Below are positions 12,590 through 26,914 of a stretch of DNA of 64,000 nt, piece after piece. Both the position numbers and the translations under genes were made by a program. The first letter of the stretch is position 1. Each line of letters opens with the position of its first letter. A model generated the notes under the pieces. That model ran no database searches, was not told the origin of the DNA, and worked only from the letters and a program-made list of their open reading frames with translations. The DNA lies in contig NC_069003.1 of the NCBI RefSeq assembly GCF_001194135.2, positions 13,458,189-13,522,188 of the forward strand, read 5' to 3'. This DNA comes from Octopus bimaculoides (lineage: Eukaryota).

Positions 12590-13620
12590 TTAAGCAATAT
12601 ATTATTCATCACTTAAAAAGTGAATGTTGCATTAGAACATACAAATACTGCGATATTTACCAAGAGAGAAAAGACTCTCATATGGTTTTACAGTATGTAA
12701 AAGCACATCATAGCTATTGCCAGTGGCAGACAATCACCATTATTTCTACTGCTAGGCCTATCATGTCATGTGATTTCAGCTTCTTTTGGCCTTGTCAGTG
12801 GTAGATACCAAGCAGCTGGAAATAGCAGTAACTGCTTCCTGCACTAGTGATATACATAGAAATACAAGGCCCTATCAGGTGCTGATGTTGCTAAGAGCCA
12901 GTGGGCCTATTTAAAAATAAACAGGGTGACAGAAGTAATATTAATACCAAAAGATAAAATATTCACCACTTGAAAGTGGATGTTGGGTTACAACACACAA
13001 ATATCACAATATTTACCATAGGCACAGGAGTGGCTGTGTGGTAAGTAGCTTGCTTACCAACCACATGGTTCCAGGTTCAGTCCCACTGCGTGGCATCTTG
13101 GGCAAGTGTCTTCTACTATAGCCTTGGGCCGACCAAAGCCTTATGAGTGGATTTGGTAGACGGAAACTGAAAGAAGCCTGTCGTATATATATATATATAT
13201 ATATATATATGTGCATGTGTGTGTATATGTTTGTGTCTGTGTTTGTCCCCCCCAACATTGCTTGACAACCGATGCTGGTGTGTTTACGTCCCCGTAACTT
13301 AGCGGTTCAGCAAAAGGGACCGATAGAATAAGTACTAGGCTTACAAAGAATAAGTCCTGGGGTCAATTTACTCCACTAAGGTGGTGCTTCAGCATGGCCG
13401 CAGTCAAATTACTAAAACAAGTAAAAGAGTAAGAGAGAAAAGCTCTTGCATGGTTTTACAGTGCATAAAATCACATCATAGCTATCACTACTTCAACTGC
13501 CAAGCCTACCATATCGTGATTTCAGCCTGTTTTTGTCTTGCCAATGGTAGATGCCTCTGTTCTAATGCAAATGCAAACAAAAAGTGGTGAATATTTTACC
13601 TTTTGGTACTAACACTGCAT
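12590..13620. repeat. Older tandemly duplicated unit of about 400 bp, interrupted by the SINE at 13018-13430
   Basis: gatatttacc|aagagagaaaagac..gtgatttcagc block occurs at about 12650 and again split around the SINE. Confidence 0.6.
13018..13430 (+). mobile_element. SINE family A, full copy inserted in an older tandem repeat
   Basis: As above. Confidence 0.9.
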
Positions 13621-15441
13621 CTGTTACTCTGTTTATTTTTTAATATGTATATTATTTTAGATGCAGTTGTGAAATGGATAACAGAAAAAAAATTACATTA
13701 AATAGTTATCACCTGTATATTAGTATAAATGTTACAAGTTTATTAATAACTGTGCTGTGCAAGAGACCAGTAAACTAGTCTGGGGTCTGTGGGAATTTGA
13801 AATTCCTGCTTATAAATTAATGTGGATTATGAGAAGTTCTAGACCTGAGGTTCTCAACCATTTTTTTTTATTGGTTGACCCCTTTCATTACTATTTTATT
13901 CTTGTGAACCTCCACAGCCATTCAATGTTTAACACAATTTCATAGATTCTTCTTTCAAAATTCCGATTTCATTTTCTCTCACATTAACTTATGCAGGTTG
14001 AATTGTGTAACATCTGTCTACTGTTTTAGGCCATCAGTGTCCTGAAAGTCTGGTCAGTGTAGTTTGTACCTGTAGTGTAGGTCAGTTTAGTAGTAGTTGC
14101 CATAGCAATGTTGATGTTATTAGCCATTTCTGCTGCTGTTGTTTTTGTTTTTACTATGAATGGATTGACATGGCTCGCTTCCCTCCCCCACTCCCTCTCC
14201 TTCTCACTCAAGAAATATGAATGTCACTTAGTCTTTTTCTGTCTGTGTGTCTGTCTGTCTGTCTGTCTCTCATCACCTGATTCTGAAGATATATTTGGTA
14301 TTTTTATCACTGTACTTACTACCATTTTCTCCTCCTCCTCCACCACCACCACCACCACCCCAATATAAAACAATTTAAAACAAACATGATAAAGAGTGAT
14401 AGTAAACAGTAGTAGTAGTAGTAGTAGTAGTTGTTGTTGTGATAATTTTTTTCTACTAAAGGCACAAGGCCTGAAATTTTGGGACAAAGGGTGCTAGTTG
14501 ATTACATTGAATGTGCTTATCTGGTATTCATTTTATCATTTCCCCAAAAGGATGGAAGACAAAGTTGACTTCAGCGGAATTTGAACTCAGAACATCAAAA
14601 CCAGAAGAAATGCCACTGAGCATTTTGTTTGGCATGCTAACACAGTTCTGCTTAGTTTGTCACCTTTGAAGTAGTTTTAAGTAGAATTTATAAAATAGAC
14701 AACAAATGCCATGAATTTGGGAATGGGGCGTTGACCCTAGCATTTTGCTGCTACTTTATTTCATTTTATTGAGAACATTTTTTTTTATAAAGAAATTTAG
14801 AAGCAGCGAATGAATTGATGTGTTAGAGAAAATATAGGAAATCTCAAATGCAGAATAGCTGTAAAAACAACTTAGAAGATTAGATAAATACCCTTAGAAG
14901 ATGGGGGGGAAAGTGGCCAACAAGATACTACAGAGAACTGAAACCTGTAACTGCTCAAATTCTGGCTGACAAGAGAAGGATGAAAGTTGAGCTTGGTGAG
15001 ATTTGGACACAGAACATAAGGGGCCATAATTAAATATAAATATCACAAGTTTTCCTCTCATTCAAACAATTCTGCCATTCCACAGATTTTTGATGACAAA
15101 AGCAACAACAGCTTTGCATTCTCAGTTGAAATGCCACTGAGTTCAACTTTGCCTTCCATCCTTTCGGTGTGTCAATAAAATAAATACCAGTCAAGTAACG
15201 GAATTGATGAAATTGACTTATTCCCTCTCCACAAAATTTCAGGCCTTGTGCCTATAATAGGAGCTGACAAAATCTTTAGCACTTCTTCCGTCTTTACATT
15301 TCGTGTTCAAATCCTGCCTATGTTGTCCTTGCCTTTCATTCTTTGATGGTTGATAAAATAAGTACCAGTTGAACTCTGGGCTCAATGTAATCAACTAATT
15401 GCTCATTTAAAATTACTGACCTTGTTTCAAAATCAGGAAGG

Positions 15442-15495
<54 letters not shown>

Positions 15496-16020
15496 GAGAG
15501 AGCAGTGCATGGCATCAAAGTGACACTGGAGTAAAATATACGAAGCCCATTATACCCATCATGACTCCCCGTCTGATAAGGGTACACCAGGCACATGCAT
15601 CACAACCATATGTGCGCGACAAGGTGATCTCATATCAAGATAAACAGCGCATGTCCTCGCAAGTGGGGCCCAGTTAGAATTTTCTTCAGGTCGAGTAGCC
15701 CATCCCGCTCAAAAGGTCCTTGAATAAGGTTTGTTTAAGAATGTTGAGCAAAACACCTATGTTTCCAAAGGTGAATTATCCAAACCCCAAAAATTCCTCT
15801 CAACACATGACTATGATGCTCCCCAACTACTTCTGCTCATGATCAGAGATGCACATATTGTCAGCCACCAAGGGATATGCTCAACTGGTTACGGTCAAAC
15901 AACTGACAAGCAAATCTGTGGTATTGAGCAGAATATTTGCTGTAGCCCATCTTTTTATACCAAGACAAAACAATGTACATGACAACACTTCCAATCAGTT
16001 AAGATCAGAAGCCATGATAG
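15442..16020 (-). mobile_element. Probable non-LTR retrotransposon 3' end / interspersed repeat with (AAT)n tail
   Basis: Complex non-coding segment ending in a long (ATT)n on +; weak TANILL-like motif. Confidence 0.4.
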
Positions 16021-16330
16021 CCACTGCCAGGTATTGTATCAGCATTGTTGTTGTTGTCATTGTTGTCAGCGGCATTGTTGAAGGCAGAATTGTTAGCACG
16101 TTAAACGAAATGCTTAGCAGTATTTTACCTCTTGCTATGTACTGAGTTCAAATTCCGCCAAGATCGACTTTACCTTCCATCCTTTTGGGGTCGTAAATTA
16201 AGTACCAGTGAAACACTGGGGCTGATGTAACCAACATCCCACACCCCAAAAATGGCTACCCTTGTGGCAAAATTTGAAACCATTATTATTATCATTATTA
16301 CTATTATTATTATTATTATTATTATACATG

Positions 16331-16960
16331 CTATATTATTTGGCAGCAATGTCCTCTCGAAGTTAGGTGACAGCAAGTCTCCTCAAATCTCAAAAATCTT
16401 TCTTAAGATTTTTGCAGAATATAGAATGGTACTTTTCTGCTGGTTGACAATACAAGACTCGATTCCAAATATCTTTCAGTCTTTTAGGTAGCATTTTGAG
16501 TGTTGTGTCCAATTAATTACCACAGGAATAATTATTGTCTTAGTCTTGAACAATCTCTTCACTTATCTGGTTAGGTCCTGAAATTTCTCAATTCTTGTTT
16601 TTTTTTAAATTTCCTAATAACCTCCACTAAACAGACCAAATAGCTATGGTGATTGTGTTGATAAATACTATCCCCTGGATTATTCCAAAGTTTAACAAAG
16701 TTTGTCTTTGTCACAAAGAGAAGTGTTCCCAAAGTTTGTAATTCACCCATTTTCAAGAGCTTCAGTTCCCCACTACCATCATAATTTAGGCCAATTAGCT
16801 TATTGTGTATCAAAAGCAAGCTGTTTGTATTTATTATTAACGAGGACATCATTAACCACTTAAATAAGACCAGTTTTCTTAAGTGACAAGTAATATGGTT
16901 TCCATCCTCTGAGGAGAGGTGGGGATGTCCACAGTTGACACACACTTGTCCTTCATAGAA
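16331..16960 (-). mobile_element. 3' end of R4/Dong-like non-LTR retrotransposon (RLE C-terminus), degenerate
   Basis: Minus-strand peptides RIEKFQDL, KTIIIPVVI, QKSTILYSAKILRKIFEI* followed by a short UTR and (AAT)n tail. Confidence 0.65.
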
Positions 16961-17371
16961 GTGGTACACTGAATAGCAGCCTTGTTGTGGTTGCTGTACA
17001 TGTTATTGCTTTAATCTGTAGTGCATGGGGAACTAAGTATTACTCAGTTCTTTGTTGGTTCTGTGCATGCTTTGAGACACAAGAACTGGTTTAAATGCTA
17101 AAGGGTTAAAGCACGAAAAGCAAAATCAACCACAGCAAAACACAATGTTGCTAAACATTTTGTCCAGCATGCTAAGGAGTCTGTTAGTTCGCTGCCTTTG
17201 TTTGCAATTTTTGGTACAAGGTCAGTGATTTTAAAGGGAAGGGGCAATCAATTACACCAACCCAGATACTTGGCTGGTGCTTTATTTTACCGACTCCACC
17301 AAATGGATGGAAGGCAAAGTTGGTCTCAGTGGTATTTCATCTTGCAACATAAGATCCAGAAGAAATGTCAC

Positions 17372-17533
17372 TAGGTGCAGGAGTGGCTGTGTGGTAAGAG
17401 GCTTGCTTCCCAACCACATGGATCCAAGTTCAGTCCCACTGCATGGCACCTTGGGCAAGTATTTTCTGCTATAGCCTTGGGCCAACCAAAGTCTTTGGTA
17501 GACAGAAACTGAGAGAAGCTTGTTGTGTGTGCG

Positions 17534-17565
<32 letters not shown>

Positions 17566-17800
17566 TACACACACACACATATTTATGTGTGTATCTTTGT
17601 TGATGTAATTATCCCCCCCACCATCGCTTGACAATTGATGTTGGTGTGTTTACGTCCCTGTAACTTAGCAGTTCAGCAAAAGACACCGATAGAATAAGTA
17701 CTAGGCTTACAAAGAATAAGTCCTGAGGTTGATTTGTTTGACTAAATGTGGTGCTCCAGCATGGCTGCAGTCAAATGACTGAAACGTGTAAAAGAGTAAG
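17372..17800 (+). mobile_element. SINE family A, full copy
   Basis: As above. Confidence 0.88.
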
Positions 17801-19591
17801 ACTTTCAAATATTTATCAGCAACAGAGGCAATATTAATACTGGGAGGTAATATTTATCCCTACTTAAATGTGGAGGTTCTGTTAAAAGAAACTAAACTAT
17901 ACTGTGGCAGACACCATATTGGTTTTTGCTGCAAAATGCTTGCTTCTTTATATTGCTAGCGCTGGAGATAAATCTCCATCGTTTTCAGCACTGAGACCAC
18001 CAGATCATGTGATTTCAACCATCCCTGGTCTCTTCAATGATGGACGCTCAACCACTAGAGATAGCAGTAATTGATCCCCACCCCACCCCACCAGCGATAT
18101 ATAGAAAAGCAGTGCCAGAACAGGCCCTGGTGTCATGATTAGCCAATGAGCTTGTTAAAAAATATTTATTAGTGACAGAAGCAGTATTAATATCAACAGG
18201 TAATATTNNNNNNNNNNNNNNNNNNNNNNNNNNNNNNNNNNNNNNNNNNNNNNNNNNNNNNNNNNNNNNNNNNNNNNNNNNNNNNNNNNNNNNNNNNNNN
18301 NNNNNNNNNNNNNNNNNNNNNNNTAAACGTGGATGTTCTGTTGGGAATATCCTAAATTTCCGGCTTTGTGCCTATAGTAGAAAGAATTATTATTATTATT
18401 ATTAACGTGGTGAGCTGGCAGAATCATTAGCACGCCGAGCAAAATGCTTAGTGGCATTTCACCCATCTTTGTGTTCTGAGTTCAAATTCCTCCAAGGTCA
18501 ACTTTGCCTGTCATCCTTTCAGGGTCTATAGAGTATCATTGGAGTACTCGGGGTCAATGTAATTGACTAATCCCCTACCCCCTGATTGCAGGCCTTGTGC
18601 CTTTAGTAGAAAGGGTTATTATTATTATTATTGTTGGTGTTGCTGTTGTTGTTGTTGTTAGGAGGAGGAGGAGGAGGGTGGTAGTGGCAGATTAATGAAT
18701 TTTATTGCAAAGTAACAGATTTATAGGGGATGAGGTGGGGCAGCAACTATATTAAACTCCTCCAGAAGGCTGACCTCGGTGAGCACTCAGGTCAGTTTTA
18801 TCATTTCTAAATGGCGGTGGTGGTGGCGGTGGCAGCGGTGGTGGTGAAGAGGTTATATAAATAAATTTCTAAAATAATAATAACTTTGATAAACAGCTGA
18901 AATAAACAACTGTAATCAAATTCCTGGGAAAAAAGACAAAACAACTTTGACGAAATTATAAGGTGATATATAACAAACCAATGAAATTTAACTCCCCATC
19001 CTCACCATCATCATCATCATCATCATCACAAGAAAAATCACTTCACTCACACCAATACCATTGCCCTCGTTAACATCAACGTTTTGCTTACAAATAATGC
19101 ATGCTATCACTGGTGCCAATACCATCGCTGCCGCCACCACCAACACCCCTCATCACCATCATCATCATCATTGCTAACATCAAGCCCTATCCTTATATAT
19201 CCTGTTGCTGTTATCAGTTGTCTGCTGTGTTGGGGCCTTCATTAAGTGTTTGAAGTCTCCCCTTTGTTCAGTTTGTCCAATCACATCACGTGGCAATGAG
19301 AAGACACACTGACAGCCTGGTGTCTCTTCCATTATCAAATCTCTTTGTCCTTTGGACTGAATTGTATGTTGTCTGTGAAATGCTTTGAGGGATGAAAATA
19401 TTTTAATCCTCTCCTTCAACCACCTCTGCCTCCTGCCCTCTCTCTTTATAGCTTATGTGTATATGTATATTCAGGTATATATGTGTATGTATTGTATAGA
19501 TATGTTTGTATATGTTATGTTTATTTGTGTGTGTGTATATATATATATATATATACATATACATACATACACATATAATATAAATAATATA

Positions 19592-19646
<55 letters not shown>

Positions 19647-20072
19647 ATGCATATCATCATCATTATCATCATTTAACGTCCGCTTTCCATGCTAGCATGT
19701 GTTGGATGATTTTACTGGGGACTAGCGAAGCGGATGGCAACACCAGCCTCCAATCTGATCTGGCAGAGTTTCTACAGCTGGATGCTCTTCCTAACGCCAA
19801 CCACTCTGAGAGTGTAGTGGGTGCTGTTTACGTGCCATCGGCACAAGGGCCAGTCCGGCGGTACTGGCAACAGCCACGCTCAAATGGTGTTTTTTATGTG
19901 CCACCTGCACAGGAGTCAGCCAATGTTTTTTTCACATGCCACCGGCACAAGTGCCAGTAAGGCAAAGCTGGAAACGATCGCACTCAAATGGTGCTTTTTA
20001 CATGCCACCAGTACAGGAGCGAGACCGCTGCTCTGGCAGTGATCCCACTCGGATGGTGCATGCATATGCATA

Positions 20073-20359
20073 TGCATATATGGGTACAGGACGTCACAAA
20101 CAGTAAACAACATGAAATACTAAAACAAATCAGTTGAATACACAAACAATGAAAGGAAAACAGGACAAGTAACATAAAGACTGACCCTTCATCAGTTGTC
20201 GGCTGCCTGGAGTAGATAGACAGCCGACAACTGATGAAGGGTCGTTCTTTATGTTACTTGTCCTGTTTTCCATTTGTTTCTCTCGTTGTTTGTGTATTCA
20301 TCTCATTTGTTTTCGTATTTCATGTTGTTTACTGTTTGTGACATCCTGTACCCATATAT

Positions 20360-20362
<3 letters not shown>
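20073..20362. repeat. Long inverted repeat (about 135-bp arms, 15-nt loop), possibly Penelope-derived
   Basis: 20073-20205 is the reverse complement of 20221-20362 with few mismatches and one short indel; one arm recurs at about 63270-63362. Confidence 0.85.
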
Positions 20363-20403
<41 letters not shown>

Positions 20404-20434
20404 CGCCACGCATCCATTTCCAAGTAAGTTTATC

Positions 20435-20952
20435 TAGGTGCAGGAGTGACTGTGTGGTAAGTAGCTTGCTTACCAACCCACATGATTCCGGGTTCAGTCC
20501 CACTGCGTGGCACCTTGGGCAAGTGTCTTCTACTATAGCCTTGGGTCAACCAAAGCCTTGTGAGTAGATTTGGTAGACGGAAACTGAAAGAAGCCTGTCT
20601 TATATATGTGTTTGTGTTTGTGTTTGCCCCCCCCCCCCCNNNNNNNNNNNNNNNNNNNNNNNNNNNNNNNNNNNNNNNNNNNNNNNNNNNNNNNNNNNNN
20701 NNNNNNNNNNNNNNNNNNNNNNNNNNNNNNNNNNNNNNNNNNNNNNNNNNNNNNNNNNNNNNNNNNNNNNATCACTTGACAACCGATGCTGGTGTGTTTA
20801 TGTCTCCATAACTTAGCAGTTTGGCAAAAGGGACTATAGAATAAGTACTAGGCTTACAAAGAATAAATCCTGGGGTTGATTTGCTCGACTAAAGGTAGTG
20901 CTCCAGCATGGCTGCAGTCAAATTACTGAAACAAGTAAAAGAATAAAAGAAT
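20435..20952 (+). mobile_element. SINE family A, copy with internal N gap
   Basis: As above. Confidence 0.85.
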
Positions 20953-20969
20953 AAATATATATATACACA

Positions 20970-21184
20970 CAAGGGGTTGCTGAAAAGTCCCTGACTTTGG
21001 GTAAAAGAAAATACAGGAAGATTAGCTAATTATGATTTTCAACATATTCCCTTCTGAGATTCACACACTTACTACAGCAGTCCTTCAGTTTTTTCTAAGC
21101 ACTGTAAAAGAACTTGGAAGATTGGGCCTCCAGCCAGACCTTTTGTGATACCATTAAAACTAGGAACTTTTCAGCACCCCCTTA
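20970..21184. mobile_element. Mariner-type MITE, copy 1
   Basis: TIRs aggggttgctgaaaagtcc / ggaacttttcagcacccc; TA flank; homologous to 40681-40898 in opposite orientation. Confidence 0.75.
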
Positions 21185-22352
21185 TATACACGTGTGTGTG
21201 TGTGTGTGTATGCACGTGTGTGTGTACGCACACTTTGTGTTCTGTTTTCTGTTTGCACTACGAAACATACATGCATGCATGCATAACACACACACACACA
21301 CACACATACACACCTCTACCTCTATTGTCTCTAACACATTCTGAAGATATATTCATTCTGGGTAGGTTGCCGTGTTAGGGTTGGGAGGAGGCCTGATGCA
21401 TTTTGCAAGCTTTGTGATGTGGGATTATGCAATGAGGGTGGATGGATGGATGGGAGGGGGGCATGTTTGAAGTGTGCATATTAATTAATTAATTGCACAG
21501 ATACCTGATGTTAATTACTGCAGCAATACAGAGGTAAAGAATGGAAGCAACTGCTATGGAGGCACTGGCAATGTCGTTCTTGTTACTGTTTAACCCTGAG
21601 TCAGCCCTAGTCAAGCATATATACATACATATAAACTTAATGTACAATATATGGATCTATATAACCCAGTGGTAATCACAAGAAAGCTCCTCTAGTGGAC
21701 CTGGCTACATGCCACATAGTAAACTAATGCATAGGGTTGTAATATAGTGTCCTATGCAGTTGAAATCCTGTAAATTCAGTCAGTAATGATTATTTCATGA
21801 GAAGTATATAGAATATATATATAGAAAATCAGGAGGTATGAGATGAATATATTTATTTCTTACACGTATCAACTGGTGAAATAAATCTATTTATCTCATA
21901 CCTCCTGACTTTCTTTATATTCTACCTACATATATATATGTAATATATATACACACACATCTATGAATATATGTATATTATATATATATGTGTGTGTGTG
22001 GGTATAATATGATGGACCTTCCTGTCAAAGACAACATATGGGTATTCAGCTTTTTTGCCAAATGACCAGCACAAATGATTTGTTTATAGAGATCAAATGT
22101 ATCTGCTGCAGCATGAGCTCACTCCCTCCATCAAATCAACATTGCCTGTGCAGATGCACAATGTACCACACATCAGGTGTCGAAGTGAATGCAGAACCAC
22201 CCTAACCACTAGGCCATGCAATCTCATAAAATATCTGTATGTATTAGATGTATTAGATGTGTGTGTGCAGTAGAAAACTTCTCACATTTTACATGACCAA
22301 AAATGTTGGTCTGAGAACTTTCTTTGCTGCATCCTGTATGTATGTGTGTGTG

Positions 22353-22391
<39 letters not shown>

Positions 22392-22916
22392 NNNNNNNNN
22401 NNNNNNNNNNNNNNNNNNNNNNNNNNNNNNNNNNNNNNNNNNNNNNNNNNNNNNNNNNNNNNNNNNNNNNNNNNNNNNNNNNNNNNNNNNNNNNNNNNNN
22501 NNNNNNNNNNNNNNNNNNNNNNNNNNNNNNNNNNNNNNNNNNNNNNNNNNNNNNNNNNNNNNNNNNNNNNNNNNNNNNNNNNNNNNNNNNNNNNNNNNNN
22601 NNNNNNNNNNNNNNNNNNNNNNNNNNNNNNNNNNNNNNNNNNNNNNNNNNNNNNNNNNNNNNNNNNNNNNNNNNNNNNNNNNNNNNNNNNNNNNNNNNNN
22701 NNNNNNNNNNNNNNNNNATAGAAGCAATGAGAAGAGATGCAGGTGAGGTGAGTGTGTTGTGGTAGCGAGACTGGGCGAAGTTTCAAATCGCATCAAGAGT
22801 AGAGTCAGTTCACCAGGGCGTCAAAATTTTGTTAATACAGTATGTGTGTGTGAGAGAGAGAGAGAGAATGTGTTGAGTGAGAAAAAGAGTGTGTGTGTGT
22901 GTGAGAGAGAGAGAGA

Positions 22917-22948
<32 letters not shown>

Positions 22949-23159
22949 CTGTGTGTTTGTGAAAGAGTGGGGCGGAGACAGTGTGTGAGTGTAGTATTTT
23001 TGTCTTGAAAGAAGAGCTACTTATTTCTGTGTTCTTTATACATACATATAAATTGTTTCAGTCATTTGACTGCGGCCATGATGGAGCACCACCTTCAAGG
23101 GTTTTAGTCAAACAAATTGACCCCAGCATGGACGCAGTGTAATAAGTAGAACAAGTAGA

Positions 23160-23166
23160 AGTTTAC

Positions 23167-23197
<31 letters not shown>

Positions 23198-23227
23198 CAT
23201 ACATACACATATATATACACACACATA

Positions 23228-23265
<38 letters not shown>

Positions 23266-23278
23266 CATATATACGTAC

Positions 23279-23328
<50 letters not shown>

Positions 23329-23520
23329 ACATATACATACATATATACACATATATGCATATAAATATATATATACATATATATACATACATATATAAAT
23401 ATATATATACATACATACATATAAATACATATACATATATATACATATATATATACATATACACATATACACATATATACTTATATATACACACACATAT
23501 ACACACATATCTATATATAT
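23160..23520. repeat. Long degenerate (TA/TACA)n microsatellite
   Basis: Direct inspection; similar tract at 50030-50350. Confidence 0.9.
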
Positions 23521-25691
23521 TCTAGTACCCCTACCCAACTGACTGCACCTCATATGGCCTGATCTTGTCTGCTTATGATGTGAGAGAGTTGAGTCTAAAA
23601 GTCAAGGTGCAGCTTACCTGCCCTACCCTACCTCCCTGTTCTCTTCTGTTTGACAATGCATCCACATAAATTCATTCGATAGACACACAGTGTTCGGTGT
23701 CATTACAACGAGTGCACAACATCAACAACAACAACAGCATCACTTTGGGCTTCAGTTCTAATCAACCGACTTTTCCTTCCCCTCTGTGCCCCAACCCCAG
23801 GTCATTAGGTACATTTGTTTGTAGAACTCGTTCCATCCATACACTAGCCTTCATCATTTTTTGGCATTACCTGTGTCTTCTCTATTCAAAGCAGCATCCT
23901 ATACCAGTAGGTTTTAAACCCAGGCAGTAGTGCCCCATCCCTTTGGGGTAGCAGACATAAAGGATATCAGGAAGGTACGATAAAGAAGCATAGCCTAGTG
24001 GGTAGGATGCTGCACTCTTGATTGCAAGATCATGGTTTCGATTCCCAGATTGGCTGTGTGTTGTGTTCTTGAGCAAAACACTTCATTTCATGTTGCTGCA
24101 GTTCACTCAGTTGTAAATGTGTAACCATGTGACAGAGTGGCGCTCCACTGTGTGGTAACTTCGGCAAGTGTCTTCTACTATAGCATCTGGCCTACCAACG
24201 CCTTGTGAGTGGATTTGGTAGATATAAACTGAAAGAAGCCCATCGTATATATATGTGTATATGTGTATGTATGTATATGTACATGTACCTGTATGTATGT
24301 ATATATATTTATGTGTATGTGTCTTTGTGTCTGTGTTTGTCTCTCCACCATTGCTTGACAACCAATGTTGGTGTGTTTATGTCCCCGAAACTTAGCGGTT
24401 TGGCGTAGAGACTGATAGAATAAGTACTTACAAAAAATAAGTCCTGGGGTTGATTTGTTCGGCTAAAGGTAGTGCTCCTGCATGGCTGCAGTCAAATGAC
24501 TGAAACATGTAAAAGAGTAAAGAGTAAAGAGTAAAGAGTAAAGAGTAAGAATGGAACAACGACTCTAGAAAATCACCGAAATGGAGGTCTTGCAAGTCGC
24601 ATTTTGTATTCAGCAGTTGAAAGGATGACTACTGCAGCCCCTACTGTGAGTCCTGGCTGGCTGGTTAGGATTGGTTGTTCAACCATGTCAAAGGTTGTTG
24701 TTGACTCTAAAGAGGGGTGTGCTGGGTATTTCAAGGATTTGTGAGTTGACAAAGAAATTAAATATTTAACTCTTTTGTTACCATATTTCTGTTGAAATGC
24801 ACTCTCTTCATTTCAGTAAATTTTGAAAATAAAGAATTAATTAAAATATTTTGGTCATGATTAAAGCTGGTTATTGGTACATAAATAAACATGGAAGCTT
24901 AATGAGAAATTTTTTATTTAGAAAACTCGTCAAGCCAAGAGAAATCATTGTTGTGGACAATGCTGATGATACATAAAAGATATCCACGGCAGTGACATGT
25001 AAAAGTCACCCATGATGGTGACACATGAAATGTGCCTATGATTATGATGCATAAAAGGCACCCATTACATTCTTGGAGTGGTTGGCATTAGGAAGGACAT
25101 CCAGCTGTAGAAACCTTGCCAGATCAGACTGGAACTTCCAGTCAAACCATCCAACCCATGCCAGCATGGAAAGCTGATGCTAATTGATGATGATGACAAC
25201 AACAACGACGACCTTAAAATGGGAAGTTTGTATCATAGAAGCAAAGGCAGTCTTGGATGGGTTGGTCTCAAAAAGGTTAAACCAGGTACTGGCTGTGTGG
25301 TGGAGTAGCTTGCTTCCAAACCATGTGGTCTTGAGTTCAGTCCTATTGCACAGCATCTAGTGTAAATGTTTTCTACAACAGTCCCAGGCTCATCAGAGCT
25401 TTGTGAATGGATGTGGATGTGTGTATCCATATTTAGATATCACATGATGGTTGTAAATGAGTATCATCATCATCATCATCGTGCAAACAAGGTCATTCGT
25501 TTCCCAGTCTTCTGTGAAAATCATTGCAAAGCAAGAGAGGATATCATCATGTCAAAGCAAAGGGAAACAGGTGAGGGTTTGTGACAGGAAGAGCATCTAG
25601 CTGTAGAAAATCTGCCTCTAAAAAAACTCCCTCTGACCCATGCAAGCATAGGAAAGTGGATGTTAGACAAGCACAACGATGACTACTAATC

Positions 25692-25905
25692 AGGCAGTTA
25701 GCTGGCAGAATCATTAGCACACCGGATGAAATGCTCAGTGGTATTTCACCCATCACTACATTCTGAGTTCAAATTCTGCTGAGGTTGACTTTGCCTTTCA
25801 TCCTTTTGAGGTAGATAAATTAAGTACCAGTTGAGTATTGGGGGTCGTTGTAATCGGCTTACACCCTCCTCCAAAATTTCAGGCCTTGTGCCTATAGTAG
25901 AAAGA

Positions 25906-25940
<35 letters not shown>
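25692..25940 (+). mobile_element. SINE family B ending about 33 nt upstream of CHERP exon 25974
   Basis: Family consensus plus (ATT)n tail. Confidence 0.85.
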
Positions 25941-25941
<1 letters not shown>

Positions 25942-25973
25942 TCCATTCATATCAATATTGTTGTTATTTCCAG

Positions 25974-26085
25974 CCAACGAAAGAATGCTGATGAACTGAA
26001 GACTCATCTAGAAGGCATTGTGGTGCCAGCATTTTGTACTGCCAGCGTTCACTTTACTGATGACAAAAAACAAAAGTTAACCAAG
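25974..26085 (+). CDS. CHERP: CHERP CID exon: QRKNADELKTHLEGIVVPAFCTASVHFTDDKKQKLTK
   Basis: gttatttccag| acceptor, |gtaagc donor, 112 nt phase 2-0 after a 15.5 kb intron; matches human QRKQARELLAALQKVVVPIYC. Confidence 0.93.
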
Positions 26086-26871
26086 GTAAGCCTCCTCCCT
26101 TTTTTTTTGCATGTCAACTGGTACACAGCATAACTTGAAACAAACCAACAAGGGAGTCCCTCTATACCATCAAGTTTCCAACCCTTTTTGCACCATGGAC
26201 TGGTTTCATTCAAAACCATTTTCCCATGGACCAGGGGACCACGTTTATAACAAAACATAATAAAGTGCATAATATATAATTTAATTATTATCTGCGTAAT
26301 GCAAAAATGCCATGAAGACTGTGATATCTTTTAGCTTTTACCCTTTTACTTGTTTCAGTCATTAGACTGCGGCCATACTGGGACACCGCCTTGGAGAATT
26401 GTTTAGTTGAATGAATTGGCCCCAGAACTTATTTTTTAAGCCTGCTACTTATTCTTTCAGTCTCTTTTGCCAAACTACTAAGTTATGGAGACATAAGGAC
26501 ACCCCCACCTACACAAACATATACACAAACACACACATGTTTATACAACAGGCTTCTTTCAGTTTCCATCTTCCAAATCCACTCACAAGGTTTTGGTTGG
26601 CCCAAGGCTATATAGTACATTACATTTGCCTAAGGAACCATGCAGTAGGACTGAACCCAGAACCAACCAAAGCCTTGTAATTGCATTTGGGATATGGAAA
26701 CTCTGTGTGTGGTGGGTGGGGGGGTAAGAAGTTTGCTTCCCAATCACATGATTCCCAGTTCAGTTCCACTGTGTGGCACCTTGAGCAGGTGTCTTCCACT
26801 CACAAGCCTCAGGCTGACCAAAGCCTTGTGAGTGGAGTGGTAGACAAAAGCTGAAAGAAGCNNNNNNNNNN

Positions 26872-26914
<43 letters not shown>

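Noticed and set aside
20225-20260. CTGATGA hammerhead core in the palindrome arms
   Set aside because: No downstream stem II-GAAA-stem III arrangement visible
23104-23553. YI/CV-repeat ORFs
   Set aside because: (TA)n/(TG)n microsatellite translation
24560-24730. Unique segment with GAAVVILSTAEY resembling a Penelope RT motif
   Set aside because: Too short a match to support without a search
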